Shown here: positions 49,698-59,959 of the stretch, piece after piece
How positions within the stretch are numbered: the first letter of the stretch is position 1
Layout of the letters: each line of letters starts with the position of its first letter
Source: Candidatus Micrarchaeia archaeon
Lineage (GTDB): Archaea > Micrarchaeota > Micrarchaeia > Micrarchaeales > Micrarchaeaceae
DNA length: 64,000 nucleotides
Reading direction: 5' to 3'
NCBI GenBank assembly: GCA_049964795.1
Contig: JBMFWY010000001.1
Coordinates: forward strand, 12,539 to 76,538
Position numbers and translations under genes: made by a program
Notes under the pieces: model-generated
What the model was told of the DNA's origin: nothing
What the model saw: the letters and a program-made list of their open reading frames with translations, nothing else
The model's database searches: none

Positions 49698-50597
49698 TCA
49701 CTCATTGTTTGAAAGATACAGCAGCACGGCTTTTGCTATGAGCTTTTTGTTCTTTGCTTGTTCCCAAACAATGCTTTGCGGACCGTCAAGCACATCGGAG
49801 GTAATTTCCTCGCCCCTGTGCGCAGGCAGGCAGTGCATCACAAGCGCATCGTTATTGGCGTAGGATAGGAGCTCTTTGTTCACTTGGTATCCGGAAAAAA
49901 GTTTTTTTCTCTCTTCGGCTTCTTGCTCCTGCCCCATGCTTACAAATGTGTCGGTGTATATGACATCGGCGCCATCAAGAGCCTCGCTGGGATCTGAATA
50001 GACTTCCACTTTTCCATATTCGCGTGCCTTTGTAAAATAGAAGCTGTTTGGGGGATAGCCCTTTGGGCCCAGCAGCGCGACATCCATGCCCAATTTTGTA
50101 GCTGTTATTATTAGGGAGTTTGCAGTATTCGCTGCTATGTCGCCTACAAACACTATCTTTACGTTCTTGAGGTTTTTCTTATGGCTGCGCACTGTATATA
50201 TATCGGTAAGGGCTTGCGTAGGATGCTCGAGATCGGTAAGCGCGTTTATAACTGGTACTGTGGAGTTGTTTGCTATTTCTATTATGTCGTTGTGGTTGTA
50301 CAGCCTCGCCGCAATGAAATCACAATAGCTGCTGAGCATGCGCGCAGTGTCAGAGAAACTTTCTCCCCTCTTGAGATGCGAGGTTTGAGTATCGATATAG
50401 ATTCCGTAGCCCCCTAACTCTGCAATCGCAGATTCGAAGGAAACTCTTGTGCGCGTCGAGGGCTTCTCGAACAAAAGCGCCAGCACTGAATGCTCTTTTA
50501 AAGTTATTTCCTCCTTTTCCTCTTTTATTGAATCGGCAATCTCAAAAATCTTAGTTATCTGGTCTTTAGACAAGTCGTCTGAACCCAATATATTCAT
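49698..50597 (-). CDS. argF: Ornithine carbamoyltransferase
   Basis: STRT, HPTQ, DTFVSMG, HCLP. Confidence 0.94.
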   Translation of the reverse strand: MNILGSDDLSKDQITKIFEIADSIKEEKEEITLKEHSVLALLFEKPSTRTRVSFESAIAELGGYGIYIDTQTSHLKRGESFSDTARMLSSYCDFIAARLYNHNDIIEIANNSTVPVINALTDLEHPTQALTDIYTVRSHKKNLKNVKIVFVGDIAANTANSLIITATKLGMDVALLGPKGYPPNSFYFTKAREYGKVEVYSDPSEALDGADVIYTDTFVSMGQEQEAEERKKLFSGYQVNKELLSYANNDALVMHCLPAHRGEEITSDVLDGPQSIVWEQAKNKKLIAKAVLLYLSNNE

Positions 50598-50975
50598 TTA
50601 ACCACCCAGTATAAGCCCTATGCCAAAATTACCCTTTGACTCGTCCTCCTCTATTATCTCTATTACCTTCTTCTCCGTCTCAGGGTCTGCCCGCTTGGAG
50701 CTTGGCACTTCCTTGTGAAGCTTCTCCTCGGCGCCGTTGAAAAAATCGTCGCTTGCTTTTAGGTACAGGTAGTATTTTTCTGGATCGAGCCCTATTGCAG
50801 ATCCAGATTTTATAGTATAGCTTTGCCTGGCAAAAATTATGTTCGCGTATTTGTCTTCGCTTATCTGCTTCAACTGCTCGGAACTTAGGCTGGAGTCCGC
50901 ATAAGGGTCGTACTCAAGAAGCTCCTTCAGCTTTTCATAATCAGATTTGTCGCATACGTATACTCTTGCGGACAT
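50598..50975 (-). CDS. Conserved hypothetical protein
   Basis: 125-aa ORF tightly packed between rps8e and argF. Confidence 0.65.
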   Translation of the reverse strand: MSARVYVCDKSDYEKLKELLEYDPYADSSLSSEQLKQISEDKYANIIFARQSYTIKSGSAIGLDPEKYYLYLKASDDFFNGAEEKLHKEVPSSKRADPETEKKVIEIIEEDESKGNFGIGLILGG

Positions 50976-50976
50976 T

Positions 50977-51375
50977 TCAACCCTCTATAATCTTGGCATT
51001 TACCGTGCCTTCCCTGCCCGGCCTATTTATTACTACAGCCTTGCCCAGCTCTGTTTCTATCAGCGCACCTTTTGTTATTATACCTTGCCTTGAGAAGTTC
51101 CTGTTGTCTTTGGATTCGATGACAGATTTTATCTTGACTTTTTTGTAACCTGCCTTTGTGAGCACGTTTGCAAACGCTACCTTATTGGCCCTTGGAGAGA
51201 CATTGCCGCCCCTCCTTCTGAAAGATTTTATATCGCTTTCTGCCGAGGTTCGAGTTGCTGAGAAGTAATTGCCGACTTCGCTTCTTCTTCTATCCCTAAA
51301 CTTGATCTTTTTCTTCCCATTTCCATTGCTCTTGGACTTTGACTTTCCGCTGAACTGTTTACCAAATTGGCTCAT
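50977..51375 (-). CDS. rps8e: 30S ribosomal protein S8e
   Basis: RRRGGN, IITKGALIETELGKA.V.NRPG.EG.VNA. Confidence 0.95.
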   Translation of the reverse strand: MSQFGKQFSGKSKSKSNGNGKKKIKFRDRRRSEVGNYFSATRTSAESDIKSFRRRGGNVSPRANKVAFANVLTKAGYKKVKIKSVIESKDNRNFSRQGIITKGALIETELGKAVVINRPGREGTVNAKIIEG

Positions 51376-51594
51376 TCTATCTCCTCTGATTTTTGCGTTA
51401 GGCAAAATATAGGCAACTGCGCTTACAAGTCGCAGCTGCGTCTTGAAATTAAACAGACAAACTATCATTAAGTTACGGGAAAAATAATATAATACTTTAC
51501 TTTTACCTTCTTTTGTATCGCGGTAGTATCATTTAATAATTTGCAAAATAATATCAAGCAGAATAGCGAAAAAGCGCAAAGGCTTATTGATTGT

Positions 51595-51891
51595 ATGGCG
51601 ATCGAGGGTGTCTCGCTGGAAGAAGAAGTGAAAAGGGAAGAGGGTAGATTTTACATAAAAACAGAGCACGGAGAAGCGGAGCTTCTATATAGAATAGACG
51701 GCAGTATAATGGAGGTATTCCATACCTTTACACCCCCACAAGACAGAGGCAAAGGGATTGCAGAAAAGCTTGCAAATGCAGCTCTCGGCTTCGCAAAATT
51801 AAAAGGAGTTAAGATAAAGCCAGAATGCACTTACATGCAGTTTTTCTTCTACAAGCACCCAGATCTCAAAATCTATGAAGAGCCGCTTTAA
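51595..51891 (+). CDS. YjdJ-like GNAT acetyltransferase
   Basis: HTFTP...RGKGIA, PEC.Y...F...HP. Confidence 0.85.
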   Translation: MAIEGVSLEEEVKREEGRFYIKTEHGEAELLYRIDGSIMEVFHTFTPPQDRGKGIAEKLANAALGFAKLKGVKIKPECTYMQFFFYKHPDLKIYEEPL

Positions 51892-52004
51892 ATAAGGCAA
51901 GAAATGTTATAATAAAAAGGAGAGCCCAGTAAATTAATTATAGTTTCGTTGGATTTGAATAAAGTGGATAAATATACAATGCATTTTGTAGAGGATGATA
52001 GCAA

Positions 52005-52334
52005 ATGGTGAATATAAGCGAGTTTTTGAATATAGATCTTAGAGTAGGAAAAATAATAGAGATAGAAGACCTTGAAGGCGCAAGGGGACCGATTTACAGG
52101 GCAAAGATAGACTTGGGGGAGCTTGGAATAAGGAATATTGCAATGGGCCTCAAAAACATATACAGCAAAGATGAGCTTCTGAACAGGCTTGTTATAGTAG
52201 TTGCAAACCTAGAGCCAAAGAAGATTGCAAACTTCATCTCTGAAGGCATGCTCCTTGCAGCCGAAGATGAAAGTGGTAAGGTTGCGCTATTGCAGCCCGA
52301 CAAGGAGCTCAAGCCTGGAAGCAGAGTAAGATAA
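52005..52334 (+). CDS. tRNA-binding OB protein (Trbp111/CsaA/MetRS C-domain-like)
   Basis: IDLRVGKI, VANLEPKKI...SEGMLLAA, PGSRV. Confidence 0.9.
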   Translation: MVNISEFLNIDLRVGKIIEIEDLEGARGPIYRAKIDLGELGIRNIAMGLKNIYSKDELLNRLVIVVANLEPKKIANFISEGMLLAAEDESGKVALLQPDKELKPGSRVR

Positions 52335-52384
52335 ATAATAGATTGGGATCGTGCGCTTTTACTGCTTTGGAGGTTGGACGCAGT

Positions 52385-54034
52385 TCATGCAGTAGAAAAT
52401 CTCTCTAGCTTTGCCTTCTCCGCTTCGGTTATCTTGTTGAACATCGGCTTGATCTCGATGCTTGTGTCAAAAGAGAGAGGCTTGCTTAGCTCTCTGAAGA
52501 TTGGAGCTTCTAAGCCAAAATAGTGCATTGCATGCTCGCTTGCGTGCGGAGAGAATGGCCAAAGCATCAGCACGCATGCCCTTGCCATGAAAAGCAAGTC
52601 TCCAATTATAGCATAAAACTCTTGCTTTTCAGATTCTACATTGCTTTTTGCGAGCTTCCATGGCTCCTTTGCGCTCATAAGCTCATTGCCTTTTGAAGCG
52701 AGCGCAATGACGTCTCGCAGCGCCTCCCTCAGCTGTATTTTCTCGAAATGCGAGTTGTATGATTCGAGATGCTTGCCTATAAGCTCTGCGGCATAATTGC
52801 TTTGCTTTATGCCAGAAAACGAAAGACCGCTCTGCTTTGCGATAGAGAGCACACGGTGAACGAAATTGCCTATATTGCCGTTCATTATCTTGTCCACTAT
52901 TTCAACAAGAAGAGCGATGGAAAATTCGCTGTCCGAAGTCTCCGGCAAGAGATAAGCCAATACAAACCTCCAGTAATCCGCGGGCAGTGTCTCAAGCGCA
53001 CCCTCTATGTTCAACCCTATGCCCTTGCTTTTCGAAAACTTTACATTCCTGCTGTTAAGAAACTCGTAGGCAAAGATTGTTGAAGGCAGCACAAATCCCA
53101 AGCCGGAGCCTATTAGCATGCCCGGCCACATGAGTGTATGAAATTCTATGTTGTCCTTGCCCATGAATTGCACTAGGCGCGTGGTTTCGGCTTTCCAGTA
53201 TGCCTCCCACTTGCTTTCGCTCCACTCCTTTGTTATGCCTATATATCCTAAAGGTGCGTCAAACCAGACATAGAATACCTTGCCTGGCATGCCTGGTACT
53301 TCGAAACCCCATTTCATGCTCCTGGTTATCGCCCTTGGTTCGAGCCCTTGCTTTATGTAGCTCGTGGATTTGTTTACTGCGTTTTTGCTCCAGTTTTTGC
53401 CACTGTTTGCCTCTATGAAAGAAGATATTTTTGGAGAGAGTTTTTTAAGGTCGAGCGCAAGATCTTCAGTCTTTACGAATGAAATTTCGGTGCTGCCGCA
53501 TATTACGCAATGAGGCTCTATAAGATCTTTTGGATTCAAAAGCCTTCCGCAGCTGTCGCATTGATCTCCGCGTGCGTCTTTGGCACCACAGTACGGGCAC
53601 GTGCCTTCTATGAACCTGTCTGTAAGGAAACGCTGGTCTACGTTGCAGTATGCCTGTTCGCCTTCTATTTTAGATATGTAGCCGTTTGCCTTAAGCCCTT
53701 CGAAAACCTTGTAAACTATTTCCTTGTTTGCTTCAGAGTGGGTTTTCCCGTAGAAGGTAAAAGTGCAGCCAAATTTTTCGAGCTGCTCCTTTATTTGCTT
53801 GTGAACGCGCTCCGCAAGCTCTTCAGGGCTTTCCTTCCTTTTGAAGGCTTGCAGCTCTATAGGGGTGCCATGTTGATCAGAGCCGCATATATATATAGCA
53901 TCCTTTTCCTGCATGAGAAGATGCTTGTAATAGATATCTGCTGGCAAAATTGAGCCTGCAAGATTGCCGAGATGCGGAAGCGCCTCGGCATAAGGCAAAG
54001 CTGAAGTAACAATAATCCTTTCTTCATTGAACAT
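52385..54034 (-). CDS. metG: Methionine--tRNA ligase lacking C-terminal dimerization domain
   Basis: TSALPY..HLGN, GSDQHG, zinc knuckles, YVWFDA, GKDN, KFSKS. Confidence 0.97.
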   Translation of the reverse strand: MFNEERIIVTSALPYAEALPHLGNLAGSILPADIYYKHLLMQEKDAIYICGSDQHGTPIELQAFKRKESPEELAERVHKQIKEQLEKFGCTFTFYGKTHSEANKEIVYKVFEGLKANGYISKIEGEQAYCNVDQRFLTDRFIEGTCPYCGAKDARGDQCDSCGRLLNPKDLIEPHCVICGSTEISFVKTEDLALDLKKLSPKISSFIEANSGKNWSKNAVNKSTSYIKQGLEPRAITRSMKWGFEVPGMPGKVFYVWFDAPLGYIGITKEWSESKWEAYWKAETTRLVQFMGKDNIEFHTLMWPGMLIGSGLGFVLPSTIFAYEFLNSRNVKFSKSKGIGLNIEGALETLPADYWRFVLAYLLPETSDSEFSIALLVEIVDKIMNGNIGNFVHRVLSIAKQSGLSFSGIKQSNYAAELIGKHLESYNSHFEKIQLREALRDVIALASKGNELMSAKEPWKLAKSNVESEKQEFYAIIGDLLFMARACVLMLWPFSPHASEHAMHYFGLEAPIFRELSKPLSFDTSIEIKPMFNKITEAEKAKLERFSTA

Positions 54035-54182
54035 TTACGCACCACTATATTTTTTATGGATACTTTTATAGAATTTGAGTACAGATAAATAAGCAGACAA
54101 ATACAATAAAAGATTTGTTATGTGTGGGCTGCCCACAAATATTATCCTTAAATAAAGCAGCTTACGGAGTAAGGAGGTGCGT

Positions 54183-56246
54183 ATGCCAGGAAACGTTGTT
54201 GAAGGGATAAAGTCAAGATTTGAGGACTTTTTCCAGAAATATTACAAGGATGCGATAAACGACATCATTGTGTCGTATCCAAATTCAAAAAGCCTCAAGG
54301 TAGACATAAAAGATCTTGAAAAATTCGATGCGCAGCTGGCAGAGGACCTTGTGGAAAGGCCCGATACTGTTCTTGAAAGCGCAAAAGAGGCGCTTGTTGG
54401 CCTGCTTGGAGATGTGGTAAACGAGGAAAATGAGGTTTACGTCAGGTTTTTTGGGCAGAACGTCAATACCCCGCTAGTAATGAACGTGGGCTCAACATAC
54501 ATAGGAAAAATGATAAATGTGGATGCGCTTGTTGTCAAAAGGTCCGAGATTATACCAAGAGTGCACATAGGAGTTTACAAATGCAGCTATTGTGGCTCCG
54601 TATATAAATTCAGGATGGACAAAGATGAAGTGCCAGAAGTTTGCCCAGAATGCAAGAGGAAATCGCTTAAAGCTTCAGAGGAGGAGTCTAGATATGTAGA
54701 CTTGCAAAAGATAGCTGTGCAGGACCCTTTGGAAAAGCTTAGGGGTAATACGCCGACCTGGCAGCTAGAGGTATGGCTTGTTGACGATTTGGTAAACAAG
54801 GTAATACCAGGAGATAGGGTAGATATAACGGGCGTGCTGCGCATAAGGAAGAGAAGGAACATGCGAGGCAAGGTCGAAAAGGACCTTTACAGCATGTACT
54901 TGGATGCTTCCTCAATTACCCCAAAGCAGAAGGAATTTGCAGAGATTTACATAAGCGAAGAGGACGAAAGGAAGATAGTAGAGCTTTCAAAAGACCCCCA
55001 AATTTTTGAGAAGATATGGAAATCCGTAGTGCCTTCAGTATATGGGCATGAAGAGGTTAAACAGTCGATAGTGTTGCAGCTATTTGGAGGCACGCAAAAT
55101 AAGACGCTTGTCGATGGAGGGGTAATAAGAAGCGATATACACATATTACTTATAGGCGATCCGGGAAGCGCAAAGACAAGGATACTGCAAACTGTCACGA
55201 AGCTTGTCCCGAAAGGGATATATGTAAGCGGAAAATCCGTTACAGGGGGAGGCATGACGGCTGTTGCTGAAAGGGACGAGTTTGCAGAAGGAGGCTGGAC
55301 ATTGAGGGCTGGAGCGCTTGTGCTCGGAAGCGGAGGAATAGTATGTATAGACGAATTTGACAAGATAGAGGACACTGACAGGGCGGCGCTTCACGAAGCC
55401 CTTGAATCCCAAAGCATAAGCGTCGCTAAAGCCGGCATAATTGCGACTTTCAATGCAAAAGCCGCAGTGCTTGCTGCAGCCAATCCAAAGTATGGTAGGT
55501 TCGATCCAAATATCTACCCCAGCGAACAATTTGATATTCCGCCTACGCTTCTTTCACGATTCGACCTCATATTCCCGATAAAGGATGTAATGGACGAAGA
55601 GCTCGACAAAAGGATTGCTGATTATATATTGATACAGCACTCTGCCGCGGGGGCGCAAATAGCTAATGTCGAGAATTACAGACAGGTGGACCTCCCCCCT
55701 ATAGATGGGGAGATGTTGAGGAAGTATATTGCTTATGCGAAAAAGAATGTATCACCAAGACTTAGCGACGAGGCCTCAAAGAGGATACAGGCATATTACG
55801 TGGAGCTAAGAAAAGCCGGAGCGAAGCAGGGCGCGGTGCCTATAACACCGAGGCAGATAGAAGGGCTTGTTAGGCTTGCGGAAGCAAGCGCAAAGACGAG
55901 GCTTGACACAATGGTAACAGCTAAGGATGCAGAACGCGCGATTTCCCTTTCAGAATTTATGCTAAAAACACTGGCGGTAGATAGAGGAGGCAGAAGGGAT
56001 ATAGACACATTGCTTACAGGAATGCCTAGGGAGAAAGTTGACAAGATAAACAGCGTGCTTAACATAATAAAAGGGCTTGAGGAGAAGGAAGGAAGCGCCA
56101 AGATGCAAGATGTAATAGCGGAAGCAGAGAAGGCAGGCATGGATTCAGGCACTACTACAAAGTATATAAATGAGCTGGAGAAAAGCGGCGACGTATTCTC
56201 TCCCAGGCCAGGAATAATAAAGACTGTAAAGAGAGAAAGCGAATAA
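54183..56246 (+). CDS. mcm: Replicative helicase MCM (no intein)
   Basis: CSYC..CPEC zinc finger, GDPGSAKT, IDEFDK, LLSRFD, ITPRQIE. Confidence 0.97.
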   Translation: MPGNVVEGIKSRFEDFFQKYYKDAINDIIVSYPNSKSLKVDIKDLEKFDAQLAEDLVERPDTVLESAKEALVGLLGDVVNEENEVYVRFFGQNVNTPLVMNVGSTYIGKMINVDALVVKRSEIIPRVHIGVYKCSYCGSVYKFRMDKDEVPEVCPECKRKSLKASEEESRYVDLQKIAVQDPLEKLRGNTPTWQLEVWLVDDLVNKVIPGDRVDITGVLRIRKRRNMRGKVEKDLYSMYLDASSITPKQKEFAEIYISEEDERKIVELSKDPQIFEKIWKSVVPSVYGHEEVKQSIVLQLFGGTQNKTLVDGGVIRSDIHILLIGDPGSAKTRILQTVTKLVPKGIYVSGKSVTGGGMTAVAERDEFAEGGWTLRAGALVLGSGGIVCIDEFDKIEDTDRAALHEALESQSISVAKAGIIATFNAKAAVLAAANPKYGRFDPNIYPSEQFDIPPTLLSRFDLIFPIKDVMDEELDKRIADYILIQHSAAGAQIANVENYRQVDLPPIDGEMLRKYIAYAKKNVSPRLSDEASKRIQAYYVELRKAGAKQGAVPITPRQIEGLVRLAEASAKTRLDTMVTAKDAERAISLSEFMLKTLAVDRGGRRDIDTLLTGMPREKVDKINSVLNIIKGLEEKEGSAKMQDVIAEAEKAGMDSGTTTKYINELEKSGDVFSPRPGIIKTVKRESE

Positions 56247-56351
56247 TGAAGATAGAGCTTGCTATTTTATGTGTGCTGCCTAGCATACACCAAGCAGTGC
56301 ATATAAATAGAGGCATATGTACAAATGCTCGAAACATGCTAAAGGGATACA

Positions 56352-57338
56352 ATGGCTAAAGAGGCGATCAGGATAAGCAGGAGCAGGCAAATGCTTAGCA
56401 TAATAACAATGTTTATGATTGTGCAGTTCTCGGGGCTTTTTCTTGCGAGTCTCGTGTTCAGCGGCCTTACGATAAATCAGGTAAGCTCAGCACATATTGC
56501 TTCCTCATTCAACAGCGTGATATTCTATATATTCTACATAGTTATAATGGCTCTTATACTTGTTTTTGTAATGAGGATATACAGAGGCGACAAGCTTTTC
56601 GTGGTGTTCGAAGGAATTGTCATATTCATTGCCTCTTTCTTTGTTTTCTTAATAGGCATAGGAGCCGCAACTCACAATATGCAAAGCGCGCTGTTTAGCA
56701 GTGGCGTTAACGAGCAGGTCATATTGGCTGCGGTGCTTGCGCTTTTGCTCGTGATTGCAAAGAACAAATGGCAAGGCCTCAGAAATACAGCGGCCATAAT
56801 AGCAAGCGTAGGCGTAGGCATCGTGCTTGGAATAAGCTTCAGCTTTTTTGAAGCTCTTCTTTTCATGGCTCTTCTTGCTGTATACGATTTCATAGCTGTG
56901 TTTATAACAAAGCATATGATAACAATAGCAAACGCTGCAGTAGACAGAAATCTGGCGCTGTTTATAGGAGCGAGCGAGATAGAAGCAGTGCCGGAGGCAG
57001 AATTCCCAAGCTCTCAGATAAAGAGATTTGAGGAGATGAAAAAAAGGGCGAAGAAGAAAATACCGGTTCTTAAAGTGCTCAGAAACAAGAAGCTGGTGCC
57101 GATAGAAGTGCCTGCAATGCTTGGCACTGGCGACCTTGCAGTGCCGCTCATGGTAAGCGTATCGGCATATTCAGCAACATTAAGCTTCACGCTTAGCCTT
57201 TTCGTCGCTTTGGGCGCAGTTTTTGGCCTTATAATTACAATGTTCATACTCCAAAAGCTCAACAGGGCGTTGCCCGCTATACCTCCTCTTCTTCTGGGGG
57301 TGCTCATATTCGTAGGGCTCTATTTGCTCATATATTGA
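56352..57338 (+). CDS. Presenilin/signal peptide peptidase-like A22 intramembrane aspartyl protease
   Basis: AVYDFIAV..TKHM, LGTGD, LPAIP. Confidence 0.9.
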   Translation: MAKEAIRISRSRQMLSIITMFMIVQFSGLFLASLVFSGLTINQVSSAHIASSFNSVIFYIFYIVIMALILVFVMRIYRGDKLFVVFEGIVIFIASFFVFLIGIGAATHNMQSALFSSGVNEQVILAAVLALLLVIAKNKWQGLRNTAAIIASVGVGIVLGISFSFFEALLFMALLAVYDFIAVFITKHMITIANAAVDRNLALFIGASEIEAVPEAEFPSSQIKRFEEMKKRAKKKIPVLKVLRNKKLVPIEVPAMLGTGDLAVPLMVSVSAYSATLSFTLSLFVALGAVFGLIITMFILQKLNRALPAIPPLLLGVLIFVGLYLLIY

Positions 57339-57483
57339 GAAATCGAAAAAATGGAAGAGGTATGTTGCTGCTTGTCTCCTGCCCATTTTGTAAAGCAAAA
57401 AGGGTTAGTTTATAATAACTTATCTGAAAAAATTAGATTGAATGGATAGCACATATTTAGCTACAATTTTGAAGGTAGAATAA

Positions 57484-59430
57484 ATGTATTTTGAAGCGAA
57501 TTCAGAGGCTTATAGGAAAAGGATTTTTGCCATTGCAATTGTGGCAATAGCAGTAGCAATGCTACTTCCTGCAAACATGGCGAATGCTCAACTTGTAGGG
57601 AGCGCCGAGATACATGCGCCTGCAGTGATAACTAGCAACAATACAGGAGTGCTTACCATAATAGAGCTAAAGGTTTACAAAGGCAACGGCACGGTAAGCG
57701 TAGGAGGACCGGCGGAGGTTGGCGCTTCCACTTTGCAGTCTGCGCAAACTGCGGCGCAATATGCCGCTTCCTACCTCGGCAAGAATTTCGGCAGTTACAA
57801 CTTCAATTACACGATATTGAACAGCGACACAGACAATGTTTCTGGGCCGAGTGCTGGTGCGGCCATGACAATGCTTGCAATTTCTGCGCTAAGCGGAAAG
57901 CCCTTGGCAAGCGATTTTACAATGACAGGCACAATAAACAGCAATGGAGCAATAGGCCTTATTGGCGGCGTTTATGACAAGGTAAGCGCAGCGAAAAGCG
58001 GAGGCATGAGGTTTGTGCTTGTGCCTGCGGCTTATGGCGACAGCAACGAAGAAATGCTTTATGCGCTTGTGCAAGACGAGTTTGGTATACCTCTTGTTCA
58101 GGTCAAAAACGTAAGCGCAGCGCTGAATTTTGCGATTTATGGAGAGAGCATGGTTGGCAAAGGCACCACTTACACTCCTTTCGTAAATTACCATGTAAAT
58201 GAAATAGGCAATGCGAGCGTAGAATGCGTGCAATCTTGCAACAGCCAAGCTTTCAACGGCCTAGTTGCTTTCACATTCAATCTTACGAGAGATGAAATAG
58301 GCACCCTTGCACCGTTCCCAAACTTTTCTGGCATTTCGGACCAGCTTTCAAAAGGGCTTAACCAAAGCATCTTGGAAGCGGAAAAAGGCTACGGCTACAC
58401 TGGAGCAGACCAATCTTTCCTGGATTATATAACGGCGTATTATTTCAGCCACCATACAATAACGAAGCAAGGGGGCATGCAGGTAATGCAGAATGTTTCA
58501 TCCTCATGCGCCGCGCTTGAGCCTCCGCAACTGACTAGCTCAAACTATCAGTATGTGCTTGGCGGCGAGCTCAGGCAGCTTTGGGCAAATTATACCATCA
58601 CACAGGACATGGGCGAGTACAACGCAACCGCGGTGGATACTGATGGAGTGCTTGACTCTATATATGAAGCAGGAGAGGCATCTGGCTGGTGCGCTGCTGC
58701 ATCATACATGTATAATGCATCTTACGCGATGGGCGGCGCATATGTTTCCGCTTCGCCTGCCCTTAAAGGCGTAGCTGAAAGCAGATTGCAAAAAGCATCG
58801 GCATATGGGCCTAGCTTATACTTCACAACTGCGGAGCAGGCTTACAGGTCAGGAAATTACCCTCTTGCAATACTTGATTCTGATTATGCTCTTGTATTCG
58901 GCAATGCCACGCTTGGAAGCGGGATAGGCACAGGCAAGCTCATCAACATGAGCAAAGCTTTGGCGTCAAACGCCACTTTCGGAGTATGGGCTACGCAATT
59001 CGCAAACGAAGCCTTATTCTATGCGCAGGAAGCTGCGCTTTCAAGCAATAGCTCGCTTGCGCTCGAATACGCTCAAGAGGCATATTCTACTGCATTACTG
59101 GCAGAAAGGATAAGCAACGATACCTCGCTAATAAGCGCCAACCTTGAAGTGCAGGCACAGCCTCCAATCACAGTCCAAAATTATGAGGGAGAATTTTCCA
59201 CATTGCTTGCAGGGATAGCCGCAATAGAGAAGGAGCTGCTTGCGATATTCATGATGCTTCTTGCGCTGCTCATAGCCTTAATAGCAATATTTATAGCACT
59301 TGTCGTGCTCATTAACAGGAGCAGGAAAATGGGAAATGCTTTGGAAACCCCAAGCGAAAGCAAGGAGGCGCTTGCAACACGCAAGACAACGCATGCGCGT
59401 GCTGAAGCAAGGAAATGGAAAAGCAGATAA
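57484..59430 (+). CDS. Exported Lon-type (S16) serine protease without ATPase, C-terminally membrane anchored
   Basis: Signal peptide, SGPSAG nucleophile, TGTI...G.IG.IGG...K dyad, C-terminal TM plus basic tail. Confidence 0.85.
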   Translation: MYFEANSEAYRKRIFAIAIVAIAVAMLLPANMANAQLVGSAEIHAPAVITSNNTGVLTIIELKVYKGNGTVSVGGPAEVGASTLQSAQTAAQYAASYLGKNFGSYNFNYTILNSDTDNVSGPSAGAAMTMLAISALSGKPLASDFTMTGTINSNGAIGLIGGVYDKVSAAKSGGMRFVLVPAAYGDSNEEMLYALVQDEFGIPLVQVKNVSAALNFAIYGESMVGKGTTYTPFVNYHVNEIGNASVECVQSCNSQAFNGLVAFTFNLTRDEIGTLAPFPNFSGISDQLSKGLNQSILEAEKGYGYTGADQSFLDYITAYYFSHHTITKQGGMQVMQNVSSSCAALEPPQLTSSNYQYVLGGELRQLWANYTITQDMGEYNATAVDTDGVLDSIYEAGEASGWCAAASYMYNASYAMGGAYVSASPALKGVAESRLQKASAYGPSLYFTTAEQAYRSGNYPLAILDSDYALVFGNATLGSGIGTGKLINMSKALASNATFGVWATQFANEALFYAQEAALSSNSSLALEYAQEAYSTALLAERISNDTSLISANLEVQAQPPITVQNYEGEFSTLLAGIAAIEKELLAIFMMLLALLIALIAIFIALVVLINRSRKMGNALETPSESKEALATRKTTHARAEARKWKSR

Positions 59431-59518
59431 AGATGCACCTGCAAAGATTCTTTTGCATTATTTTTGATTGCATGAAATTAATTGTATAAAAGTGTTATAA
59501 AAAGTAGAAAGTGAGAAA

Positions 59519-59680
59519 ATGTTGCCAGGCAAAAAATGCATATCATGCGGCAGGCTTACGCATGATTATACGGAATTCAAATGCCCCAAATGTGGCAAAG
59601 GAACGATAATAAGGTGCGAGCACTGCAGAGAGATATCTAACACCTACAAGTGCGAAGTCTGCGGATTTGAAGGACCGTGA
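59519..59680 (+). CDS. Small double zinc-ribbon protein (DUF1610), missed by the ORF track
   Basis: 53 aa: MLPGKKCISCG...FKCPKCG...IIRCEHCR...YKCEVCGFEGP; conserved position upstream of EF-1beta. Confidence 0.92.
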   Translation: MLPGKKCISCGRLTHDYTEFKCPKCGKGTIIRCEHCREISNTYKCEVCGFEGP

Positions 59681-59684
59681 TAAA

Positions 59685-59930
59685 ATGTCAAAAGTAGGAG
59701 TCGTATTCAAGGTTTATGCCGAAGAGGGAAAGCTTGAAAGTGTGGCTGCGGAAGTCAAAAAGCTTGAGCCGCAGGATATGAGACAAGAGGAGCTTGCTTT
59801 CGGAATAAAAGTGCTGAAAGTCCTATTTGTATTTGACGATTCCAAGGCAGGAAGCTCCAACATAGAGGAGAAGCTCAAAGGCATAGAGGGAGTAAGCGAG
59901 GTCGACGTAGAGGAAGAAACGCTTGTATGA
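59685..59930 (+). CDS. ef1b: Elongation factor 1-beta
   Basis: EELAFGIKVL, IEGVSEV. Confidence 0.92.
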   Translation: MSKVGVVFKVYAEEGKLESVAAEVKKLEPQDMRQEELAFGIKVLKVLFVFDDSKAGSSNIEEKLKGIEGVSEVDVEEETLV

Positions 59931-59959
59931 CCTGGATCCCGAATCCTAAAGGTGCAGCC

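Noticed and set aside
54183-56246. Intein in MCM
   Set aside because: Normal length and contiguous AAA+ motifs
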